In this document: in pieces, positions 38,001 to 50,552 of the stretch | How the letters are laid out: every line of letters begins with the position of its first letter | Numbering within the stretch: position 1 is the first letter of the stretch | Origin: Tubulanus polymorphus | Taxonomy: Eukaryota; Animalia; Nemertea | Length of the DNA stretch: 64,000 nucleotides | Assembly (NCBI RefSeq): GCF_964204645.1 | Contig: NC_134036.1 | Coordinates: forward strand, 10,829,859 to 10,893,858 | Direction: 5' to 3' | The notes under the pieces: generated by a model | Databases searched by the model: none | What the model was told of the DNA's origin: nothing | Seen by the model: the letters and a program-made list of their open reading frames with translations, nothing else | Program-made: the position numbers and the translations under genes

Positions 38001-39949
38001 ACGGCGATACTAAAAGAGGAATTCGTTGTTTTGCATGGACTTGTAATAAACATTGTAATTGCACCGTATCATCAGTTGCGCGACAAAATCAAACTTAAGG
38101 ACAGGTCGTTTGGTAATAATTTGACTTTATTTCATAATTGTAAACACATTTTCGTGCTCTTTACTTCGTATTTTTAAATGCATTTTTGTATGTTAATTGA
38201 CCATATGCATGTTTTCAGATATTCGAGAGCAACGACATTATTTAAACACATCTATCATAAAAATCTTTATCTATCATCAATTCAGAAAACTTGTCTTAAG
38301 CACGTGTTCTAATTGCGAAAGCCCAGATTTCACAAACTGTTTTTTAGTGTCTTCGAGATCTGAAAAATGTAGATGCTCGTTTAAAACGTAGTGGTTGGGA
38401 GGCTTGTACAAGAATAAACGAGATTTGAATCAATGATTGAAAAATACATACACCCACTTAACACAAATTTTAAAGATTTAGTATTAAATCAGACCAATCA
38501 AAAACAATTGTTGTTTACTGGTAATTGAGTTTCTGATTCATATCCAAAACATGCTATAAAATCTAGCGTATTAATCTGCCAACATTAATAACCCTCAGCA
38601 AAACAATAGAAAGAGACTTTTTCAAACGCACACTTGCGAACTATCTTTTATTTCTCGCACAATTCATTTTGTACAAGAATCATTACAATCTAGAACAGGG
38701 CTCTGGTCGCATCAACACTATAATTTATTTCAAAAACGCACTTATAGATCGCATAAACCAAGAAATAATACTGCAACGAAATCTTCATATTTGGAGTCTT
38801 AACAATATATTTATAAACCTAGACGTAAACGGACTAAATACAGTAAACAGAATCACAATTGACACTATCGATGTAGTCTATTAATTACTTAACCTAACGC
38901 CTTTTATTTGTTTAGTACACCTACATATCCTGACTTTGACACTTGAGGTATGTTCTGATTTAGAATGAACAGGGATGACGGTCTATCAATGCGCATAGAA
39001 CTGTCTGACCACTTTTGTCCTATATCATCACATACGCATAGATACCTTATTGTTTCTGGTTTTGGACTGTAAACTCAGTCTCACTGCCGCGATAACTGGA
39101 AAGCTGCCTCCGTTTTGGCTTCAGGATAGCAAGCTCAGTCTATTTTTGTGCAGTGGTGATTGGAAGGTTGCCTCCTGACACCGGTCTCATTAAGACCTAC
39201 CAAAAAAAAACCTAATTGTGACAAATGATTAACTGGGCGTGCCGCCTTGGTGATCACTGACGGTCTCCTATTACGCTAGCACTGTCAGATAGCCGCCAGA
39301 GTGGCATGCAATTTTTTGATCATGCCTGTAAATAAAACCCGATCAAGACTGTACATATGTATCATTGTATTAATCAAACTCGCGTGCCTGTGTCGCTTTC
39401 TTACTGACGGTCTATCAATGCGCATAGCACTGTCTGTTTGATCGCGACGCATCCACGGACCTAACTATGCACTGTATATTAGAAACACAAAACTGCTCCC
39501 CTTGTACAACTTTTACTTTTAGGCAAACTCAGCACCAGATGTGAAGTACCAACTGCACCCCTTGACGGAGAAACCTATCCTCATCGGAGCGTGCACCGTC
39601 GATGTCATACAACTACACTTCGGATACCAGGACCAAACTCTCTCCTGGATAATTTGCTTTTCAAAATGTGCTTCCGTTTTATCTAGTCAGCACGCGGGAC
39701 AATCAACTTAGAGGATTTTTACACCAACATCTACCCGAGGAAAGGCTACAATAAACATTCGGACTATTTACACGTGGAAAACGACCAAAAAAATGTTAAA
39801 AATTGACAAAATGATCTTCAACCTTGTAATATATTTATTTCCTAAATCTTGATGTATTAAATTAGGCAGCCAACTAAATTAACCCCAATCAGTCGCTTGC
39901 CGGTTCAGACTGCTTGGATGATTGTTTGAATGAACCGGAACCGAAAATT

Positions 39950-40835
39950 TCAAATTATGTACTTCGATTTAAACAAAAAATTCTGTAAACTCGACCGCCG
40001 ATCACACAACTATATTTGTACTTCGATTTCCGATTTCAAAATCAAACCCCCTGTTTTTGTCCCGGCAGGTGTGGTGGGTTTGTAAGGGACACCAAATCAA
40101 AAAATCAAACGAAATTTACCAATCAAATAAATCACAGGGTCAATCCCTATTTTAAGATCAAAAAATAACCCTCAGCAAACGACGCGATACTGACCACAAT
40201 CAGACCTTTAGCAAATACGAAAATTAGTGAATATTTTCTTGTAACATTTTATCAATTTGAAGTCAATTTAATGGCATAGACAGTACTTTTTGTAGTCACG
40301 TAACTTAATAGCCGTTGTGTTTGGCGGTCAAATTGCTTGTGATTGGCATCAGATAAACAGGAAAAATCGTCGGTCTCTCTTTCCTGTGTCTGCTGGGAAT
40401 TATTAGAAACGGTTAATAGTTCATTGTTTTGTGAACACGAAGGTCGTTTAATTGATATAAGTTGACAGATGCCGTTATTTGTCAAGAATCTTTTGAATGA
40501 AATAAAGTCTGCGCCATACTTACAAAATGAATTTAAGGCTATGAAATTCATAAAAATTGAATTTTGAAATCATCTAAAAACACGATACGGTCATCGCGGC
40601 CACTTTGTTATCACACTACGTTATCTACTTGCGGTTCTGCCTTCTAGTTAAAGTTCGGTTGCGGCATTTAGTATTAGAACCTTTAGGCTGAAAATTCGCT
40701 CATGAATTTTATGCTTCATACGTTAAATATAGTATTTGATTTTCTATTCAATGCTCTTCACAACAGGTGCTAATTTCAGTACTCAAAACCTGAGTGGAAG
40801 CGGGTGAAATATGAAACTTTTTCGTCTGGAATATT
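39950..40835 (-). pseudogene. Knottin peptide pseudogene (third paralog)
   Basis: Signal-exon remnant ..GLIVVSIASFAEG|gt (donor 40169, no in-frame ATG); acceptor aaatatag at 40010 followed by CVIGGRVY; 40620-40835 is an inverted homolog of the promoter/exon 1 at 47340-47545, with TATA and donor mutated. Confidence 0.65.
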
Positions 40836-41347
40836 TAGGGTTTTCTGACTTTCGTCAAAAACCCTCTTGAAATTCTGTTGATTATTATTATTATTATAAT
40901 ATATTTTCCGCCGATTTCGTCAAATAAAATTCATCTTCATTCAGATTCGGCAACTGACAGCTTCGAAACGAAATGTATAAATTGATACTGTAATAACGGT
41001 CTCTCTGAACCAACAGATTGTCTGAATGTACTTTCCATCCTATTTGAAACTTAAAATTACTTTTTAGGTTACTGTAAATAAAGAATTGAATTGAATTGTT
41101 AGACAACAAGCACCGGCGAAATAACAGTTTGTGACGTCATTTAGTAAGTAAATAAAGGAGGGCTCCGAGAATTTTCCAAATCACGGGGACTATACTTGGG
41201 TTTTCGACCATTCAACCAAAAAGAGGATTGCTCCGATAATATCCAAATCATCTCATTTTATTTTTTTCCATCGAATACCCGGTAATTAATTTTTCCTTTC
41301 GATCACATGCATCCAGAAAACCCGTTATCGCTGCTTTGCAGCTATAT
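40835..41347 (+). mobile_element. Hairpin-ended non-autonomous element (Crypton-V-like), ~0.5 kb
   Basis: 5' hairpin agggttttctgactttcgtcaaaaaccct, (att)n, 3' gctgctttgcagctatattt; flanking homology to 47300-47360 resumes on both sides. Confidence 0.7.
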
Positions 41348-42898
41348 TTTTTCTTAAAATTCAGGATTCGATATTATTAAACTAATTAACGTTTTCAAAC
41401 TTGTCATGTCAAATAGACCTAATATGTATGAGACTGGATGCAAAGTCAAATTAGTCCCTAATGACCGTGATTATAGGCGGATGAAACTGACTAAACGGTG
41501 GAACTGGATAACAAGTCAAAGCAAACAAGACAGTAAAACTTGATTCAGGGACACGTGGAACAAAATTACTGTAAAACTGGGTCCTTTATAGAAACCATAT
41601 ATTTGTTGAACTGGGTGCAGCTTCAAACCCTCAAGATTGTGAAATTGGATTTATTGACTGATAAAATCGAGTCGATTTTAATCTATGTTACTTTAGAGTT
41701 GCGATTGACGACTGCATTAACTCTTTTGGCTGAAGAATATTGGGTCTTACATTGATTCAATGTGAATGATTGTGTGTTCAAAGAAAAAAAAGAAATATAG
41801 GCTGAATTGATATATACTTATATAGGCTGAATTGGTAATGCTAAAAGTAAAATAGTCTTAAGATTGAAATATATTATCACTGTGTTGGTTCAGACATTTC
41901 CAAGTAGGTTGCCTTGAGAACACACATCTTTAGTATGAATGTAATTTTTTTGTATTTCTTTTTGGCGGGAGGCGGGTTACGGGGCCTTCCGCTGAGGATG
42001 CATAACTCAAGATGTGCCTTACATTTACTCGCACATATGGCTTATTAATTGCTAAAGGTTAACCTTTCGGGCTGAGTACGCATGGCTAATGAAATGCAAA
42101 TGAATACCGACATACGCGTGGCTCTAACATTAGATATAAAAACGGGTGATGTGTTATTGTACAGGAATTCAACGGGCTGTTACAGAAAAATACTTGGCAC
42201 ACATTTTAGAAAAAGTTTTCTAAAAAATCTCCAAACACAATTCACATATCAGAATATTGGAATATTGTTGCGAAGCGGCAATTAGTTTCTACAAATATCG
42301 GTTTTTGGTCATATTCCATTAAGAATATGACCAATATGGAATATGACCAATTGATTACTGATTATCATTTCATTATCCCTACTGTTAAAAGGGTAAGGAA
42401 AATAGCAAATGACACTTCAAACAGCCTATTGTAGGTTTCAGTTAGCAAAATGTTCATTAATTATAGCACGTCATTAGAGTCACAAGTCGTTCTTTTAGAA
42501 CCTTTGTTATTGTCGTCCACTCCATGAAGAATTTCGCCAAATTAAAACAATCCAACATTTTTCAACTGGATTTCATCCGCTTTTTTGCTTGGGCGAAATT
42601 CGTTGCATTATACGCATCATGTGGGGCTATGGAGAAGGGTCGATTCATTGGGGATATATTTCCGAACTCCTTTTGTGCTCATTGAAAGCATAAACAGTAA
42701 AACAACCCGATCGTCGATTTTTCTACTCGCAGTTTTATTGAATATAATCATTAACACGAGATTTCACGATATAGTGACAAATAGAAATCGTATTCGAGCT
42801 ATTTCATAGTCAGTTACCTGACAGCGGTTCAGTTTCGTAATCGAATATTTCCCAAATCACCACAAGTATATCCGAATATAAAGCCTTATTACCGACGA

Positions 42899-43203
42899 TT
42901 AGCAACAAGATAAGCCTTTACAGTTGCCACTGCAACACTCACCATCATGGCCACACATTCCGGCTTTTAATTGGCAACCTATATTTCAAAAACATTATGC
43001 AATCAAAAAAGGAGTTTTGAAGTAAATTGATATCTTATTCAAATTGTTGAAAAATCTAACCCCTACGCAATATTATCTTTAAAGGACCATTCATCAAATT
43101 GTGTAATTAATTTTCCCAGTCGTCACTCACCTTCTGCAAATGACGCGACACTGACCACTATCACAACAGCAGCACATACGCGACTTATTAGATAAGCGAG
43201 CAT
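42899..43203 (-). CDS. Secreted cystine-knot (ICK-like) peptide precursor A, 50 aa; exons 43131-43203 and 42899-42978
   Basis: MLAYLISRVCAAVVIVVSVASFAEG-CQLKAGMCGHDGECCSGNCKGLSCC*; phase-1 GT..AG intron of 152 bp; paralog B confirms the structure. Confidence 0.9.
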
Positions 43204-44139
43204 TTTCAAATTTGCCTAGAATTTGAATTGATTATATGAGCAAATTGGCATTTTAGGAAATCCCATAGTCTGGTCATTCAATAGCTTTCAATTGGCTCTC
43301 AGCGATTAACCATTTCTCAGAATCGTTCTTGCAACCCGAATGAAGTTCGATGAAGCCCAAAACTACGTTGCATATCCAAATGAAAGGTCCAGACCGTATA
43401 GCATCGATTAAACCGTAGATGACTGCAACTCCCTCCCCCTCCCCCAAAAGATTTAGATTTTCTTCATCATTTTTCTTGTCAAAGTTTTACACACAAATAA
43501 TCATTGATCACAGTCATCAAAATGAAAAAGTGTAATGCAGGTTTCGATAAAGCAAAGCGTATTGAGCTGTATAGATTTGAATTGTCGGGTAACGATATTT
43601 CCATTTCATCCCGCTTATCGTTTAGGCTACAAAGACAGGCGTTATTGGCAAAGTTAGCGCTACCACTACTTTAGACCTTGCAGTAATCATTGTCAAATGA
43701 TTACTCCAAGTTTAGACGCGCGTTCGCTGAAAACTCATGTTTTCTCAGTTTCAATAAAAGTGCTTATTCGACGGTTCACCAGAAAGCCATGATGAAATCA
43801 TGTTCGATTGTTTATCCATACACAGGCTTTTTCTAATAACTTGGAAAACGGTTTTTTTCAAGAAAGAAAATAGCAGGGCAAAGGAAATAAAATTAAAAAG
43901 AATTTATTACAGGCGTTTCACAATGGATAGGAATAAGAAAAACAATTGAAATGTTTTTATTTGGCAGAAAACTACAGAAAACGATAAAGTGGGTGAAAAT
44001 AATGAAAATAATGATCGATTTGATGGGAGAAATGAAGATGAAAACTTTTTGCAAATTTCGAGTTTGAAAAAAGAATTCTGGAAGGCGTGCTCCAAGTATT
44101 CAAAAAGGTGCCAAAATAAACGTTTAATTGCGAATAATA

Positions 44140-44520
44140 TAGATTTGGCTATCTCATCACTTACCTTGGTCGATTCTTCCGAAGTATTCAACTTTCGAAA
44201 TGAAAATGTCTCGTTTTCTCGAGTCAGACCTTGTCGATGAATGAATAAAACGTATTGCTTGCGATAATATATACGTTTGAGATAGAAATTGAAATTATAG
44301 CAATGATTGCACAGCATGATGTTGATTGGAACTGATATCGAGGTCTTTTTCAATTTCTATCAATACGCACCTGGCACTTGAATCGATCTACGCGCATCGC
44401 CACTTTACTTAGGCAAAGTATAAACTTGTTCAGTGTCACAGGCAATTATTATATTCAAATTTCATAAATTATTGGAAATTTACTTTTAAATGCCATTTCA
44501 ATATTTTCCCTGATGTATTG
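44140..44520 (-). promoter_or_regulatory. Repeated upstream module with TATA-like box and GTAAG donor; copies at ~45900-46250 and ~52140-52460
   Basis: cttaccttggtcg, ctcgagtcaga..tgtcgatgaatgaataa and caatgattgcacagc are shared; candidate first exon of gene A. Confidence 0.45.
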
Positions 44521-44529
44521 GTACGTAAA

Positions 44530-44998
44530 AGCCTAGCCTACATCGATACTGCGTTGGAGACATCTAGTTTCAAGGCAGTTTTCGGCACATGAGAGCAACT
44601 GGCTTGATACAATCAGTTGCTCGAACGTTTCGATGTGAGCTAGCTTATGACTGGTTACCATACATCTATCTCCAGTTCCACACAGTTGCCCATGATCTAC
44701 TTTTAAGCAACTAGTTGTACTCAGTTGCTGTCATATATGTCGATGTGAGCGCTCCACAATCAACAACACATGGTTGTAACTGACAAAAAACAAAGCAATT
44801 TGTCACGTGACTTGTGATGCCCTCAAATAAATTTGCTAAAACACATTTCAGTTGCAGTTGCTGATGTACGCGCTAAGGACCTAGCGACCGACATGAGCCA
44901 CGCAGTTGCTGGCTTTCATGAGCTTTTCGATGTGCGCGGGGTACTCGCTCACTAGCAACTAGTTGTCTCCATTTGCTTTGTCGATGTATGCTAAGCTT
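44530..44998. mobile_element. MITE (PIF/Harbinger-like)
   Basis: Imperfect TIRs agcctagcctacatcga and tcgatgtatgctaagct; internal cgatgtg and agttg repeats. Confidence 0.6.
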
Positions 44999-45016
44999 AA
45001 CGCGTCATTCTGAATC

Positions 45017-45121
45017 CAGTTCCACAGTTGTGAGTTAGAGTTAAGTTAGCTCCGAGTTAAAATCTATTCATTTTCAATGTTAACTCTGAGTCAGATCTTA
45101 ACGCAGAACTGTGGAACTGGG
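45017..45121. mobile_element. ~105-bp MITE; its ccagttccac motif is also arrayed at ~46990-47205
   Basis: ccagttccacagtt ... aactgtggaactgg. Confidence 0.7.
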
Positions 45122-45310
45122 TCCTGGCTAGTAACGTACCGGGCTTACATCTGCGATCATAAGTGACCACATATTCACTGTCAGCTGGTCATCAAATAAC
45201 GGTGACTATAACTTCGCCCAGAAACAATGGTCCATCAAATCTTACAGAAATTATTCCGTCAGATTGTCCAACAATAGAATTTCATTTGATAGAATGTATG
45301 AAAACGAAAC

Positions 45311-45350
45311 CACAAAGTTTCGGCTGTTGACTAACAGGCATTATCAGTTG
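45311..45350 (-). ncRNA. Degenerate hammerhead ribozyme (same family as 29342)
   Basis: Reverse complement CTGATAA-t-gcctgttagtcaacagcc-GAAAC; core mutated. Confidence 0.65.
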
Positions 45351-47478
45351 GAGACGGAAGTAATGAAGCATAAAACCTCGTTGAATGTTTGAATTTTTTT
45401 GGGCAAATTTAGACTAATATGAAATCGACGAAATGGCATATGCTGTACATTTTAAAGCCACCTGCCTTTCTTTCGTTGAGTAATTCTCTGGCCCGGAGAG
45501 TGGGGGTGGACACGTTGCTTGCGTTTGGCATTACGTGAACACAGAAACTTGTTCAACATTAGTTTATTGGGGCCCGAAACTTAAGGGGCAGACAGTGAAA
45601 TCAAAGTTAAACAACGCGCTGATATTCGTAACCGTTTTTACATTAAAAACAACGTATATCATAGTCACAAAATTCAAACTAAAAGTAAAATAGATATCAC
45701 AAAGAAACGATAGATTATCAAATGAGGGATAGGATTGACTAGAAGGGTAAAACTTTTACAACTTATACCCCGCCCTTGTTTTCACCATAACCCAAATACC
45801 ACCCTAGCGAAATTAACAAAACAATGACAATTAATCTATTTTACTTATACATTTTGTATACTGGCATTTCTTATAATAACGTTTGATAATGAAAAATATA
45901 GATTTGAATATTACATCACTGCGCTTACCTTGGTCGCTCGTTTTAACGTATTCGGCTCTCGAAAAAAAAATTCGTTATCTCGAGTCAGAACCTGTCGATG
46001 AATGAATAATAAATATTGCGTGCGTTTATACAATACCACTGAAATTATACCAATGATTGCACAGCTTGATATTGATTGAAATTTGTGTCGATGTTGAATC
46101 GATCCGCGCGCATCCTAGAGCTTTAAGTATATATAACTTATCGATCTCACAGGAATTTATCATATTTGATTAGCTGTCGTTTTTCAAAATTTCTGAATAT
46201 TAATTTGTCATATGCTACTTCAATATTTTCGCTGATGTACTGTGTGTGTATAGAACGTATTATTCTTTTCGGCCTTATATCTGCGATTGTAAGTGACCAT
46301 GGAATCCGATGGTTGTGTGGATTGTAAATTTCAAGTGCGTGTTTTTGTCGACCACTGGGAACGACATGCACAGTTGTCACACCTTGTTTTAGCCGCCATC
46401 TGGTGATCATTAACAGTGCTTTTAATTATGCCAAAAATTAGTGGACTGTCAAATTTTTTATTTTTTCATTTGTCTTACTAATTTGCAAATAATCTTTTTT
46501 TTCTTAAACACGATAATCTTCAATTTCTACGTCAATTCGTTACCGATCTCCTTGAGCAATGAACCAAAATGAAACTGAAACATATCCATGCGACGGATGA
46601 GGTCAATTAGGTGAAGGTAAAACTATAGTAAGATAGTTATACATTATAATGAGAATCATGATTTCTAAAATCGTAGTCGTATAATCAAAGGTAACCTCTT
46701 GGATGAGCGATGAAGTTCAGGGAAAGACTAGTGGGACTGCGGTTGTTGTAAATAAATGAAGGCGAAGAAAATAGAAAACTGCTCATGAACCAAGTTCCAC
46801 TTAATACTTGAGCAATTACTCATTGGTTCGAAGAATACGCAAGTGGAAAAAAAAATCATTTACCTCGTATGATGGAGTACGTATTTATCGATCTGCATAT
46901 CATAGTCTATTAATCAAGGGGTTTTGCAGATGAGGTTCCTACAATTACTTAAACAATTGACCATGAACCAAATCCTTTATTTGATTCAATCTCCAGTTCC
47001 AGGGTTATGTGGGTGTAATTTTCTCTGAATCCAGTATCCACAGTTATGTAGGTTTTATTATTATTTGTTGAACCATTTTTGTTTTGATTTGTTCATTCTA
47101 TTTGTCGCTGATTCCACTTCCATAGTGTGGGTTTGATTTGACTGTAGAACCAGTTCCACGGTTTGGATGGTCTAATATGTCCATTAATCCAGTTCCACAG
47201 TTGTGTGTGATAAGATTTGATTGAGTTCAACAGTTTTGATAATTTTTGTCTTAGTGAAAACATGAAAACTGGATTCGGAATCCAATAATTTGATATGGCT
47301 GAATACTTCTCTTAGTTAACTATATAATTTTGGGTCCGGAATTTTCAGTAAAATATAACGGACGAAATAGTTTCATATTTCACGCGTTTCCACTCGGGAT
47401 TCAAGTACTGAAATTACCACCTGACTACTTTAGAGAATTGATTAGAAAAGTAAATAGTGTATACGTGAGCGAATTTTC

Positions 47479-47541
47479 TATATAAGCGTTTCTACATTGA
47501 ATGCAGCAACCGAACTCTAACACGAAGGCAAAACTGTAAGT
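47479..47541 (+). promoter_or_regulatory. TATA box and short non-coding exon 1 with GTAAGT donor, candidate promoter of knottin gene B
   Basis: TATATAA at 47479, donor at 47536; homologous module lies upstream of the pseudogene paralog; acceptor ttctag just before the ATG exon. Confidence 0.6.
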
Positions 47542-49003
47542 AGATAACATGCGCACCGTGATGGCAACTGGGTGATATAATTGTTCATCGACGTGGCATA
47601 TTGTTTAGGAATATGTAGTAAGTAATATGTATCAGTATGCCTGGATTTTATTACATAGAAATGTTTATTTTTGGCTGAATTTATTTTATTTCTCTCGTAA
47701 TTCATCATACACGGATACTGTGTTTCTTCTCGACGTAATCACATTTTCTCGCTATGGTTTGCAACTAGGCACAGGTAATGTGAAATGAAGAGAACAAAAA
47801 ACTATAGAATATTGTTACGTACATCGATTGAAGAAATTATGACGAGTAGGAGAAAAAAAACGTTTTTATTTCTCTCTAAACTGGGTGGTCACTGTGCTAA
47901 CCTTTGGTCACTGGTGTGTTGAAAGGGCTGAGAAGTGGCCTCTGTCCTGGAAAGTTTTTAGCGGCATGACTAGCTGTTCAGTGGTCGGTAAGTTACTAAT
48001 GACCATTGCTAAGGCAGTGTGCCCAAATGAATCTCCAACGATCACAACCCGTTTTCGGTCAACTGCATATGGAAACGTTACTGCTACAATGTTGTAACGC
48101 GCTATTCTCCATTGTGAAATTTGCCGTGTTTTGCACCTAAATCGACTTCACTACCTTTATTTATTGTTAAATCCTCGCAAAAATATCATTAATGTTCCCC
48201 AGGTTGTCTGCTTTCGTTGGATACTTAACTTCAATTGATAATGAAAATAATGGCGCTGCTTTCTGCTTATAAACTTTTCAAGTCAGAGCCATTTTACTAT
48301 GTATCGGAGGGAAAAGTGCATTTGGGCAGCTGGTTTTTACAAGCTTGACAGCTTATATAAGGATGATTAGGATAGAACACCAATGAAAACAGTTTTTAAC
48401 GAAAAAGACAAGTGGCTTTTATATGATACAAGTTTGGTGGCTGTATCTTAAATAGCCAGTTTGTGCCAATTCTTAAAGGAGTTTTATCACTACGGCTGCA
48501 CTCAGTTACCGTTACTGCTGCGCACAACGCGACTGAAAGGTATGTCTGTTGTGTGTTGAACCATGCTTCCATTGATAGCAGAAACGTTTCTATATGAGTT
48601 GTCAAACATCGAATACCGGTAGCACTGGACATGTAATGGTTTAACTGACCACAGTTCACGCATGACCACTGACAGACCAATAGTAAATATTATCCCTGTC
48701 ACATTATTAGGCCCCGGCCTAGTGTACCAACAAATGTGTTCTAGTGAACCTCCGGACTAGTGGTCCATCGGACAAGTGGACCCGTAGACCTGTGGTACGC
48801 TACCGACTTTGTATATCACATATAAAGCCCAGCACGCGCGAGATCTAAAGGCACTGTTTTTTTCTCAAGCCTCATCATTCTAAACTAGTAAATTTTCTGA
48901 AAACAGGTTTATTTTATGATAGCCTTTTGAAAACTGTTGAATAACCAGAATTTGGGATTGCCCACAATGCTAATATATTTAATTGAAATTCTAGGCATCG
49001 AAA

Positions 49004-49501
49004 ATGCTTGCTTATTTAATGACTCGTGTATCTGCTATCGTTGTGATAGTGATCAGCGCCGCGTCATTTGCAGAAAGTGAGTAACGAACGACCTGGAACA
49101 TAATACCTAATTTCATATGATTCAATGAATTGAAATTACACTTATCAATAAACATTCAGCAGCTGTTTATAGATTTAACGAAGTAATTTGACGAATTACA
49201 TTTCGAAGATAATATTACATATCAATAATTATATGCTGACAAAAATTTACTTCATTGACGTGTAATATGTTTCATACGTAAATGTATTTCCTAAACTCAT
49301 GTATTGATTTGTTTGTCATACATCCGGGAGTGGGGGTTCAATTATACCTACAATGTAAATGAAAAATTGCCTTACCTCGAAATTCCGTGTTTGATTGCAT
49401 ACTCTTTTTTACGAAATATAGGTTGCAAGATACGAGGCGTAGTTTGTACGGGTGATACTGATTGTTGCACTGGCAATTGTACCATCGGAACTTGTTCGTA
49501 A
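49004..49501 (+). CDS. Secreted cystine-knot (ICK-like) peptide precursor B, 50 aa; exons 49004-49076 and 49422-49501
   Basis: MLAYLMTRVSAIVVIVISAASFAES-CKIRGVVCTGDTDCCTGNCTIGTCS*; phase-1 GTGAGT..ATAG intron of 345 bp. Confidence 0.9.
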
Positions 49502-50552
49502 TCGTTGGCGATAAGAGATTCTAATGGGATATACTTGTGATGGTTTGGGAAATCCGATTATGAAACTGAACCACAGTCAGGTAACTGACTGACTAGATCG
49601 CGTACGCTAAAAAAACGAAAATAATGTAAATTTTTAGACGTAAAATCGTGTGTTATATTAACATTCAATACATCTGTGAGCAAATAAACAATGATTGTTT
49701 ATCTTTCGAGGGTAAATGAGGATTGTAAAGTGATCCATAGGATGCACCGATCCATTAGCGACAAGGAACATCAATCGTCTTACGAATTTTCTCAAATCAA
49801 TTTGTCATCCCTGATTTACACCATCTCTCGTTTTTTAACTGTTATTCACATATTTTAGTCATTTTCTTGAAAAAACCGATTGATTCATGTTCATGTGCGA
49901 GTATTCCTATTAAAGATGACGAAAGAATCACACGATAAGCGTGGTTTAGAAAAAAAAAACGATCACTTACTCTATCCATGTGGTGGATTCTAAATGAGAT
50001 TCTAATTTGCCGTTCCCGGGTAAGAAACGTTTGACAATATCATAACTAAACTATGTGAATGTTATTCCAATCTTGTTTATCACGGTTTATGTCGAAACAC
50101 TGTCCGCTCTGATTACAAATACAACTCTTGGCCCAACAACATTTGAAACCAGTTTTGTGTTTGAAACTTCAACCAGCGTTTTATGTGGTTGAAACTAAGT
50201 AAAATGAAAAACTCATAGGCCTAAACGAATCATTGTCATCGAATAGTTTTCTAATACGTATAAAACCGTAATTGAATGATAAAACTTGAACCATAATATA
50301 TATACCACCTCCCGATTAACCACTACCCTCGCCTGACATGAGCAACATCAGCGCTAAATTTTAACTGTTAATAAATTCAAATTGTTTTTTATCCGCTATA
50401 AGGTTCCGATAAACAATCGGTCGTTAAGGGTCATTATTAGGCGGTCGCGACGCCTTAATACACAACAGTAAAAAGGTTTAAACTGCTATGCTTTTTCCTG
50501 TGACCATATTGATGCGGCGAAACCCACTGCGCGTGTGCAGCTTATTCCGAGC

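Noticed and set aside
38220-38610. Possible fourth knottin remnant (ataaccctcagcaaa shared with 40165)
   Set aside because: Only a 15-bp match plus weak similarity; no recoverable cysteine framework.
29426-38884. Numerous 60-110 aa ORFs in the track
   Set aside because: No recognisable motifs or exon structure; consistent with chance ORFs in repeats.
38950-39650. Possible LTR/Gypsy remnant (direct repeat tgacggtctatcaatgcgcatag at 38976 and 39406)
   Set aside because: No clear termini or TSD, and the protein similarity is too weak to call.
4842-41346. Perfect inverted repeat pair suggesting a 36-kb giant transposon
   Set aside because: The 41314 copy is the 3' end of a local 0.5-kb insertion whose flanks rejoin, and the HNH gene does not resume after 41346. 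These are two independent copies of one family.
49304-49421. N-terminus of the 65-aa ORF in the track
   Set aside because: It is intronic; the paralog shows the real exon starts at 49422.
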